Part shown: positions 16,582-27,879 of the stretch, piece after piece | Layout: every line of letters begins with the position of its first letter | Position numbering within the stretch: position 1 is the stretch's first letter | From: Eledone cirrhosa | Lineage: Eukaryota | NCBI GenBank assembly: GCA_964016885.1 | Contig: OZ024745.1 | Coordinates: 31,000,001 to 31,064,000, forward strand | Length of the DNA stretch: 64,000 bases | Direction: 5' to 3' | Notes under the pieces: generated by a model | What the model was told of the DNA's origin: nothing | What the model saw: the letters and a program-made list of their open reading frames with translations, nothing else | The model's database searches: none | Made by a program: the position numbers and the translations under genes

Positions 16582-17115
16582 TGTATTGTCCCCTTTTCTT
16601 GTGCGCCCTTGTCGCTGATAAAGAAATCTATCTATCTATCTATGTCTTTGTATTGTCCCCTTTTCTTGTGCGCCCTTGTCGCTAATAAAGAAATATATCT
16701 ATCTATCTATGTCTTTGTATTGTCCCCTTTTCTTGTGCGCCCTTGTCGCTAATAAAGAAATATATCTATCTATCTATGTCTTTGTATTGTCCCCTTTTCT
16801 TGTGCGCCCTTGTCGCTAATAAAGAAATATATCAATCTATCTATGTCTTTGTATTGTCCCCTTTTCTTGTGCGCCCTTGTGGCTAATAAAGAAATATATC
16901 TATCTATCTATGTCTTTGTATTGTCCCCTTTTCTTGTGCGCCCTTGTGGCTAATAAAGAAATATATCTATCTATCTATGTCTTTGTATTGTCCCCTTTTC
17001 TTGTGCGCCCTTGTGGCTAATAAAGAAATATATCTATCTATCTATGTCTTTGTATTGTCCCCTTTTCTTGTGCGCCCTTGTCGCTAATAAAGAAATATAT
17101 CTATCTATCTATCTA
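16582..17115 (+). repeat. 67-bp tandem repeat, ~8 copies, matching the LINE 3' end
   Basis: gtctttgtattgtccccttttcttgtgcgcccttgtSgctaataaagaaatatatctatctatctat at 16644, 16711, 16778 ... 17046. Confidence 0.92.
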
Positions 17116-17564
17116 TGATAGGGAGAAAGAAAGCTATCACTGGAAAATTTAGCAGAATTGATAACTTCTCTACTGTCGGTAATTTACACGATAAACAAAC
17201 ACAATATGCAAAAGGTTAAGGGGAGACAACTCTTGAAATTTACTAATATATACAATTTCAGAGAACTGTGGAGAGAAAAGAGGAGGGTTAGTAGTAGTAG
17301 ATTTTCTTTATATAGTTACATTAAAATGAACATCAAACAATAAAATCAAAGCTATTTACATATTTAAGAAAAGTATTAATGTGGTGTGGTAAATAAATAT
17401 ATCCATCTACACCAACTCCCACTGGCACTGCCTTCGTCTCTCCCGCTCTCCCCATCTCTCACTATTTTAATTGGTGTGATAATGAAATGGGGTCTGGAAT
17501 GAATTAGATTCATTACCAAGGAGTCCACTGTGCATGTATGTGTGTATGTTAAGATCATTATTTG

Positions 17565-17975
17565 GTGAATTGGTAGTATCGGTAGAGGGTCAGAAGCCAT
17601 GCTTTGCAGCATAGTTACGTCCCTTTACGATCTGAGTTCAAATCCCGCCGAGGTTAACTTTGCCTTTCATCCTTACGGGGTCGATAAAATAAAGTACCAG
17701 TAATGCAATGGGTAATTGCTGGCCTTGTGCCAAATGTAGAAACAATTATTTATTTAGCATAGGGCGGTGGATTGGGAGTATCGGTAGAGGGTCGGACGCC
17801 ATGCTTTGCAGTATAGAGTTACGGCCCTTTATGATCTGAGTTCAAATTTCGCCGAGGTTAACTTTGCCTTTCATCCTTACGGGGTCGATAAAATAAAGTA
17901 CCAGTCACGCACTGGGGTCGATTTAATCGACTTTGCCCTCCCCCAAAATTGCTGGCCCTGTGACAAATGGGGGCC
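17565..17975 (+). mobile_element. Two tandem tRNA-derived SINE copies
   Basis: Same family as 14651-14843. Confidence 0.8.
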
Positions 17976-18025
17976 CACGCGTTGACAGAATAGAGAAGGC
18001 GTTTCTCCGGGGGGGGGGGATGATA

Positions 18026-18088
<63 letters not shown>

Positions 18089-18265
18089 AAAAGGCAAACA
18101 AAAATAACAAAGAAAACGATATAGTACAATGAAGAAATAAATCATTAGTTTTACGCGTAAAAGTCTTAACGTTTTTGACGTTAGTCCTTCATCAGAAAAT
18201 AGAATGAGAAATTAAAGAAGAAATAGAACGATTGAGGAGACGGGCAATGGAGGAAACGTAATGTA

Positions 18266-18759
18266 TTAGGTTAAGTAATAATTCATGAGTGTTTTTTGTT
18301 TTAATTTTAAAATGCGCAGACCAAAACACTTAGGCAAAATGTTTTTATGTTTTTCTACAGAGAATATTTTGCTCTACAAGATAGCGTGATTTATTTTTTG
18401 ATTTATTGATTCTTATCGATTTTTCATGTACTGCTTCATCCTCCATACTCTCCAGATTTGGCACCATCAGATTTTCACCTCTTTCGATCACTTTCAAACG
18501 CTTTACGAGGTATAGCGGAATTAAGGGCTTGGTTGGACGGATTTTTTTAGTCAAGACCGAACGATTTCTATCGCCGAGGCATCGAAAACTTCATTGACAG
18601 ATGGGAAGAAATCGTAAACAGGGTAGATTATCGATTAATTTGTCTTGATATTAAGGAGTCTTGCTTGTTTAAAATAACTTCATATTAAATAAATTGTATT
18701 AAATAAACTTGTATTAAAATAAATTCAGGAAAACGCTCATGAATTATTACTGAATCTAA
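18266..18759 (+). mobile_element. Internally deleted mariner element
   Basis: TA-flanked ~30-bp TIRs (ttaggttaagtaataattcatgagtgtttt / aaaacgctcatgaattattactgaatctaa); internal PPYSPDLAPSDFHLF at ~18440-18485. Confidence 0.85.
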
Positions 18760-18777
18760 TATATATATATATATATA

Positions 18778-19627
<850 letters not shown>

Positions 19628-19660
19628 ACCTCCTCTTTCTATCCTCATTTACGATACTGT

Positions 19661-19820
<160 letters not shown>

Positions 19821-20169
19821 ATGTGCGTGTGTGTGTGTGTCTGTGCGTGTGTGTGCGTGCGTGTGCGTGTGTGTGTGTACAGAGAGAGGAGGGAGAGAGA
19901 GAGAGTAGAGAGAGAGAGTAGAGAGAGAGAGAGAGAGAGAGATGAAACTTTGAAATCACTGCCACTTTTCTACTTATAAACTTTTGCATCCTACCCACCA
20001 GTATTGTACTCGATCATTTAATGTTTTCAAATCAATCAACTTTGTTGACTGGATGACGAGCTGATCGAAGTCATCTTCTCTGGAAGGCGGAAGATGGCGA
20101 AAAGCTGACGGTTCATATGTTGTGACAGTCGTCAAACTAAGCAGGCTTTTAGCTCACCCGAAGTTTATC

Positions 20170-21060
20170 ACTATCGTGAGCCGCTAGAGAAGACAAGAAC
20201 TTCGCAGTCAGCGGCCCAACTCCACCGAACGTCACGAACTCCACAGGCTGGAAAAAATAATTATTTGATAAGTCCTGGTATTTCCGAATTTTATTCTGGT
20301 CGGCAACGGAAGCAGTGGACCCCCCCCCCCCACATTCCCAGATGAGACACCTACCTCTCACCCAGGGACAAAGGGTAAGACTGTCTGGTCTTTTCCCATC
20401 ACTTCTGGATAAACCAGCCGGTTCCAGAACTGTAGGGATATTTCCCCGAGCCAGGGCCCGTTTGATGATCAGGTTTAGCTCGGTGTGACAGGCAAAATGA
20501 CCAGCATTCAGGCGGCAGGACAAATCATGTAAACCTGTGGAGTCGAGGGATCTACTACAGCGGCATCTCAGACTCCCACAGACGTCGGCTCCCACATGAA
20601 GTGTAATGGAGATGCGGAGTTCATCCTGACTGAGAAGGCCACTAATTTTAGCCACAGACTGGGCATCAATCCGGTCCCCCGAGAACTTTGTGCTAGCAGA
20701 AAGTAAGCGACACCTAGCAAATTGATCGGAAAGATCAAAGAGAGAGTTGAAAGTTTCCCTTGAACGCAGATTGTCCCATACTCTCTGATTCTGTCTATTC
20801 TAATCAGTAACTGGGACTGACAAACCCAGCTCTCTCCACTGTAGTAAAGCTTCATTCAACTCCCTGGTGGAACTAGTCCAAGTTAGGAAGGAGAGAATGT
20901 CACTCACCAAAGGGGGGGGGGATAGAGGAAAGAAAGTAAGGTAGGGACAAAGAGGTTCACTTACGCAAACCGAGACCTCCAAACCGTTTGGGCAAGGCAG
21001 CTTGGTCGCGGGACTCTGGAGAGACAACGAAAATTTGTAAGAGGGACTAACTCTAAGGAA
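20170..21060 (-). mobile_element. CRE-clade LINE fragment (RT end + Zn knuckle + RLE), degenerate
   Basis: CRCSRSLDSTGLHDLSC..H.ELN..LEPAGLSRSDGKRPD..KIRKYQDL..FFQPV..GGVGP. Confidence 0.8.
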
Positions 21061-21089
21061 ATACAACTTAGGGATTCCAAATTGTTCAC

Positions 21090-24000
21090 AATTCTTTCAG
21101 AATGAAAATATAAAGACAAATATAATCACATATAATAAATACAATTAACAATTGCTTGGAACCTCGTGAATATGACGCACCAATCTGTACGACCAGAGCG
21201 AGAGAGAGAAAAAAGGGGAAAATAAAAACAAAAACGACCATCCATCCACCACCAAGTGCGACAATCGGCCGCACATCACAAAGGTCAACAGAATATTTTG
21301 AGGCAAACCAATACACTCGCAACATTACCACAGGGGATGGCGAGGCTAAGGCGCTGAAACAACCAGGCACCCTCACGGCTGTAGCGGTTGTCTCCCTTGT
21401 TTTGATTAGGATCTAGACGGGAAGTGGAACCCTTTCTGCAACTTCCGGTCAGAGCCCTATAAAACTAACAACTTTGGGCTTCCTCTCTCTCTTTGCCTTT
21501 TCGGCACCAGGTCAAGAGTCTTCTCATTTGGCTCTGCCATTAATTTGGCCAACAGGCGCCTGGCCTTAGCCAGGCGCCCTCTGCCAGCCGCGTTTGCCTG
21601 GCAATCAAAACGGTAACTACTAACTTTGTTTCATTCTAACATTTATCTTTGACATGTCAAGTATTCTATCTACCGTTAATTAAATATTATATACACAAAC
21701 ATTGTCTCGTTTTGTTACATTCATACAACCAGTAATCTCGCTATATTGGTGAGCTCTTCTATTACTTTTACTTTATTACATTGTATCTTTGGGTGATGGA
21801 TAGATGGATGTCCAGTCGTTCTCTGGCCAAGAGCGGTTGGTTACCTTGATATCTATCATTGATTTTTCCAGACATTCTTTTGTCGTAATTTCCATGCCTG
21901 TTACAACATTCTCGCCAACTTGCTACATATTTTCATTTCGATTTTTATACACTAAAATTCTGGCGGGAGGTTATGTAGCGGTTGTCTCCCTTGTTTTGAT
22001 TGGGATCTAGACGGGAAGTGGAACCCTTTCTGCAACTTCCGGTCAGAGCCCTATAAAACTAACAACGTTAAGCTTCCTTCCTCTCTCTTTGCCTTTTCGG
22101 CACCAGGTCAAGAGTCTTCTCATTTGGCTCTGCCATTAATTTGGCCAACAGGCGCCTGGCCTTAGCCAGGCGCCCTCTGCCAGCCGCGTTTGCCTGGCAA
22201 TCAAAACGGTAACTACTAACTTTGTTTCATTCTAACATCTATCTTTGACATGTCAAGTATTCTATCTACCGTTAATTAAATATTATATACACAAACATTG
22301 TCTCGTTTTGTTACATTCATACAACCAGTATTATCGCTATATTGGTAACCCTGACGTGATACGAACACGCAGCCGTTCATCGCTATAAGTGGTCACCCCC
22401 AAAAAAAGAAAAAAATAGCACATCTGGTTTTGTGAGTAACATTACGAATACACAGCAAATTTAGCGACAAACTATGAAAATACTCAAGGACACGCACACA
22501 CGCACATGTGGAATTCGCACAGACATACTTTTTCTCTCACGCATCAATTAACTGTCGCATTTCACCAATATATATATATATGTTTCTCGTTTCTTACAAC
22601 GAACACTTTCAAAACAAAAGAAAACATTTCACGATATATATATATATATGTTTCTCGTTTCTTACAACGAACTCTTTCAAAACACAAAAAAAAAAAAAAA
22701 GTTCTAGTTTTTTGTTTTTTTCCAAAGTTCACACCTATAATTATGCTGATTGAAGCCTTTCTTTTTCATCATTGTCACTTTCAAAATTGCACTATCATTT
22801 TCTCGCGCGTTAGAAATATTTTTTTTCAACCTTGTATTGGCACGTGTAGGCAGCATAAATTCTCGATTCACTGAGATGTCTCTTACTCACAGACAGCCGC
22901 ACGCCAGAGATAGCATTTCTCCCCCAAGGATTCTTCAGCCTTAAGCTATATTCTTCTATTTGCCGGTTTATAAGTTTACAATGTAAATTTACCGTTGATA
23001 ACCGCGCATTTATTAAGAATGCTTATTTCTCTGGTCGCTGGCCTCTTGACCCTTCCAGGTCAACGCATTCTCAACATCGACCATCAACTTCGGCTGCTAT
23101 TTCTAGCACTTTGCGCAACTCATTTTTTTCTAAAAAAAAAATTTTTTACTGTGAATTTAAACACCGAATACGCTCACTCAGCGAGACAACAGCAGCAGCA
23201 ACAGCAATACATCAATACAGCTTCACCAAAGCCAGAGAATTCATTTTTGCAGCACTCTTCCTGTGAGAAAATCCATTCGGAGGTTGGAAATTTCACGATG
23301 TACCACAGAACAGAAACCACCTGCATTCATTCTCTGGAACACACTTTCTTTCCAGCTGTCATGTGATTGCACACCTGTGAACTATATTTTGAACTTTGAG
23401 CTCTTCTATTACTTTTACTTTATTACATTGTATCTTTGGGTGATGGATAGATGGATGTCCAGTCGTTCTCTGGCCAAGAGCGGTTGGCTACCTTGATATC
23501 TATCATTGATTTTTCCAAACATTCTTTTGTCGTAATTTTCATGCCTGTTACAACATTCTCGCCAACTTGCTACATATTTTCATTTCGATTTTTATACACT
23601 AAAATTCTGGCGGGAGGTTATGTAGCGGTTGTCTCCCTTGTTTTGATTAGGATCTAGACGGGAAGTGGAACCCTTTCTGCAACTTCCGGTCAGAGCCCTA
23701 TAAAACTAACAACTTTGGGCTTCCTCTCTCTCTTTGCCTTTTCGGCACCAGGTCAAGAGTCTTCTCATTTGGCTCTGCCATTAATTTGGCCAACAGGCGC
23801 CTGGCCTTAGCCAGGCGCCCTCTGCCAGCCGCGTTTGCCTGGCAATCAAAACGGTAACTACTAACTTTGTTTCATTCTAACATTTATCTTTGACATGTCA
23901 AGTATTCTATCTACCGTTAATTAAATATTATATACACAAACATTGTCTCGTTTTGTTACATTCATACAACCAGTAATCTCGCTATACGGCCATCACCTGG

Positions 24001-24115
24001 TACCTTAGTAAGGTGAGCCACCAACGATGACAAGAACTTCGCTGTCAGCGGCCTCCACCAAACGTCTCGAATGACACAAGCTGGAAAAATAATTGTTTGA
24101 TAGTTTCCGGTGTCT
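21090..24115 (-). mobile_element. CRE-clade LINE 3' end, interrupted by the LTR element
   Basis: Removing the insertion and one TSD copy restores ...PLTAKFLSSLVAHLTKVPGDGR|EGAWLFQRLSLAI. Confidence 0.75.
21380..23986 (+). mobile_element. Non-autonomous Gypsy-type LTR element with three LTRs (21380-21745, 21974-22341, 23621-23986)
   Basis: LTR termini TGTAGCG...CGCTATA; TATA-like ctataaaa; tRNA-Trp PBS at 22343; purine tract ggcgggagg before LTR2/LTR3; 4-bp TSD CGGC (21376-21379, 23987-23990). Confidence 0.9.
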
Positions 24116-24918
24116 GAGTGTGTGAAACTCCGACACCGCCTCCACCTTTTTTTTTTTTTAAAGTCGTTCGAAGGTCGGATTCGTTGAAAACACATGAAAA
24201 ATCCTAGGAAATAGAACAATTTCCCACGGAACGGCTGAGGAGTAAACTACCTAATTTTCTTACGCTTGAAAACTGGGATATACATCTTTGTCGTCACTGA
24301 AGTTTTTTTTTGTTTGTTTGTTTGTTTGTTTGTTTTGTTTTGGTTTGCTTTTAAATTTTTTTTTTCTTGTTTTGTACTATATCTAAAATCTTCCAAGTAA
24401 TAATTAATTCAGTTTATGTATGTACCTCTATTTAATCTTATATATTTGTTATATGATGATAAAAATGCTTTTTTAATCAGTTAAAAATTAAAATGCATAT
24501 TTCTTTTTTTAAATAATAATAAATTTAGTTTATTCACAGTTGTATAAATAACATTACAAATCGTTTGAAATTCTTTCAGAATGAAAATATAAACAGAGCA
24601 TATAAATAAATTTACAGAAGAATAACATAACAAATATGTTTTAAATATATACATAAGTTACATTACAAATACTTAGATAACATAATAAATTGCTCACGAT
24701 TCTTTCAGAAAGATAATAAATTGTCTTACAACGAAGATCCTACAAGGGTCTGTATTATTTTACCGGCATGTTACAGCCGTTTAGAATCTGGATTAAAAAA
24801 AGTTGAAGGCAAATCAACTGGGAGTAAATTCGAACGTGGAATTAAAAGTTTATAATGGTAGAAGTTGACATAGCGTCGAGTGAGACGTGCTACCACCACA
24901 TTACTAATTATTCTGCAC

Positions 24919-25028
24919 TGCGCATGTCCGTGGGAAATTCAAATCTTAGCAAACATCATTTAAACCAACAACTTTACAGTTAATTACATTACTGTTACTC
25001 TGGAGTTGATATTTTACTATTGCTTTAG
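24919..25028 (+). promoter_or_regulatory. Putative TACC promoter and non-coding first exon (NRF1-like plus E2F/CHR-like motifs; donor after 25028)
   Basis: TGCGCATGTCCG at 24919-24930; GTGGGAAATTCAAAT at 24930-24944 (reverse: ATTTGAA-TTTCCCAC); strong donor TAG|gtaagc at 25029. The exon at 27809 has an acceptor upstream of the ATG, so an upstream exon is required. Confidence 0.5.
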
Positions 25029-25279
25029 GTAAGCCAAATTTTATTTATATCCTCTTATTTACTTTCTCTAATTGTTTATTAAAACAATTTTTTCTTTCAA
25101 ATATTACATTTTCTCTCGATTTTTTTTTTAAATGCAAAACAAACATTTTTTAACGATGTTAGATAAATTTTGTTCTTTCGATTTATATACGTATATTAAA
25201 TAAATAATTGGTACAACTTATTTAGCGAATTAAATTCCTGCAGAACCATGAAAATAACTCGTTTGGGAGGTCATAATCT

Positions 25280-25600
25280 GTGACTCTTTTGCTCCCTGGA
25301 TGCTGCGATAAATGTGAGGGTTACTGCTTTCGTGGCCGAACGGAATAAAATTCTAAAATACTGGGAATTATCGACAACTTTTTTCAGCCTGCAGCATTCG
25401 AGACGTTTTGGAGAGCTGAGCCGCTAACAACAAAGTTGTTGTCATCGTTGACGGCTAGTTTTACCGAGGTGTCGGATGATGCCTGTGAAGGTGCTTAGCT
25501 CTTCCAGCATCTTAGCCTCGCTATCACTCTCTATAATGCTGCGAGCGTGTTGGCTTGCCTCAAAAAGTATTAATGGTTGGCTCCAGTGCCCCTTGTGGTT
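25280..25600 (+). mobile_element. Degenerate CRE-clade LINE 3' fragment in TACC intron 1
   Basis: DACEGA*LFQHLSLAI..NAASVL remnant at ~25478-25550. Confidence 0.55.
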
Positions 25601-26341
25601 TCTGGACCGATTGACACGGTGTTGAATTAACATTTTCTTTCGTTTTCATTCTATATTTCTACGTGAAATATTTATGTCATTAAAAGTATTGTATATAATA
25701 AAATAATAAAGACTATTTAAATGAAATATTAAGATTTTATGCAATAAATAGAATCCGTCTTTATATTTATACTCATTATGACCAGTTATTTTTAACATAC
25801 ACCTGTGATTTTGTAAGGAATATATAAAGTTTCTGCTGGTGGTCGTTTTCATTTGTTGAATCTATAGATTTTCTTAATTATGAATGATAAAAGTTAACCA
25901 TATAGCCTTACACTGTTAATTTCTCGTTAATTTCAACCCCATATATACAATATCTCTTCAGTGTTATTAATACATATATTCAAAAACAACATATTCATTG
26001 TTTCGTCTGCCGCAGTGAGAAAGCCGTTATTTTCTGTTACATTTAAAAAAGGTTTATATTTTGCACTTCCTCTGTCACTACCAGACCAGCATTAAGATTT
26101 AAATTATTTTCCACGTAAACTAGGCTTTTATAACGTTTATCTATTTACATATAAGATTGAATATTGTGTTAAAATGAGGATTTTAAAAAAATAGCCCGTT
26201 TTTAGAAAGTTTTCTTTTTTCTTTTACACCTCCCACTATATATTATGGAATACTGCTGGCTTTTTGCTACAATGTTTTCTATACCTTTCATTTATATATA
26301 TATATAATATAAGATCAAAAGATGGTTAAAGGAGTTCCATA

Positions 26342-26412
26342 TATTTTATTATGCGCATTTCAAAAACAAACATCATCAAGCAATAATATTTGTGTTTTCA
26401 TCAGATAAAACA
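26342..26412 (-). ncRNA. Minimal hammerhead ribozyme (same family as 2238-2308) in inverted relic 26303-26570
   Basis: Minus strand: TTTTAT-CTGATGA-aaacacaaatattatt..gatgatgtttgttttt-GAAA-TGCGCA-TA-ATAAAA. Confidence 0.68.
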
Positions 26413-26774
26413 GGAGAACATGATATGAAGGCTAAAAAACACTTGTGGATAGTGCAGTTTTAAATCAATGATGAAAACACAAATATTATTGCTTGATGAT
26501 GTTTGTTTTTGAAATGCGCATAATAAAATATATGGAACTCCTTTAACCATCTTTTGATCTTATATTATGCATACTCCAGTCCCACAAACTGTAGAGTGCT
26601 TCTTATCCGATATCTGCATTGCTTTATTGTACTACAATAAAACTCACCTCCTACATATATATATATATATATAAGTGTTGAAGTTTCCGTGGAAAAAGTA
26701 AAAGGAATGAAGAGTGCTCTATGTAAGTAACAGAGCTAAATATTTAATGTATAATAAACAACACAGTATAATTA

Positions 26775-26842
26775 CCTCATTACTCGAGGTTTCCCGAACA
26801 GGACGAACACAAGAGACGTCCGCATTCGTTCGTCAGATAAGG
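26775..26842 (-). ncRNA. Minimal hammerhead ribozyme
   Basis: Minus strand: CCTTAT-CTGACGA-a(cgaatgcggacg..cgtcctgttcg)g-GAAA-C-CTCGAG-TA-ATGAGG; GUA triplet. Confidence 0.72.
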
Positions 26843-27132
26843 CAATATATATATATATATATTGCAATATCGCATTCGTTCGTCAGGTAAGGCAATATAT
26901 ATATATATATTGCTTCTGACGAAGACGGTGAGATGGATATATAGACTCGAGGCTAATAATAGGGAGTTTTTTTTTATAAATAACGTTACAAATTGTTTAT
27001 AATTCTTACAGAATGAAAATATAAACACATATAATACAATTAATATTTCATAGTTGCGCAAACATTACAAATCATTTGCAATTCCTTCAGAATGAAAATA
27101 TAAACAGAGCATATAAATAAATTTACAGTAGA

Positions 27133-27540
27133 ATCATCATCATCATCATCATCATCGTTTAACGTCCATGTTCCACGCTTGCATGGGTTTGGACGGGAGT
27201 TTTCCCACTTGAGGCAAGAGTGGTTGTCATTGCTCGCATAGGACTGTCTGGCGGGTTTTCTACAGCTGGATGCCCTTCCTAACACCAACCACATTTACAG
27301 TGTGGGGCTGGGAGGTTTTTACCGTGTTGCCTACACGGCCACATTACAGCGTGGACTGTCTGGCGTGTTTTCTACAGCTGGATGCCCTTCCTAACACCAA
27401 CCACATTTACAGTGTGGGGCTGGGAGGTTTTTACCGTGTTGCCTACACGGCCACATTACAGCGTGGACTGTGTGTTTTTTTGTCGTGACACCTACACGAT
27501 CTCATTTGTTTTGGCCTGGATGTTGTGGCACCAACATAAC
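27133..27540 (-). mobile_element. RTE-LINE 3' tail / RTE-mobilised SINE with internal ~112-bp duplication
   Basis: (CAT)n + gtttaacgtcc..catgggtttggacggg and ttctacagctggatgcccttcctaacaccaacc match the reverse complement of 58700-58886. Confidence 0.75.
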
Positions 27541-27829
27541 TTTACATTGAAAGGGGCGGTGTGGATGGGGTGGGGGTGTATTTTGTTAGAGATGCCTAGA
27601 ATAACATAACAAATGTTTTAAATAAATAACATTACAAATGCCTCGGTAACACTACAAAGGATGATACAATGAATACAATTATTTGAGATGATACACTTAT
27701 TTGAGACCTGAGAGTACATAAAAAAAAAGTTTGTCTAATCCATACCATTAAGGAAAAGTATAAAAGAATATCTAAATTATAATTTTTTTCTCCCTCTTCA
27801 TTTCATAGTGAAACTACAAATTCTCCACC

Positions 27830-27879
27830 ATGAATGATATACCCAACAATAACTTAAGTATCTTGAAGACTTCAAACAG
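27830..27879 (+). CDS. TACC: TACC coding exon 1 (MNDIPNNNLSILKTSN; exon starts 27809)
   Basis: ttttttctccctcttcatttcatag| acceptor, ccaccATG, CAG|gtatgt donor; phase 2 matches the next exon. Confidence 0.7.

Noticed and set aside
22343-22374. tRNA-Trp pseudogene
   Set aside because: Only the 3' part including CCA, located 1 nt after an LTR; better explained as a primer-binding site.
22506-23657. Short ORFs inside the LTR element
   Set aside because: No recognisable gag/pol motifs; the interior appears non-coding or decayed.
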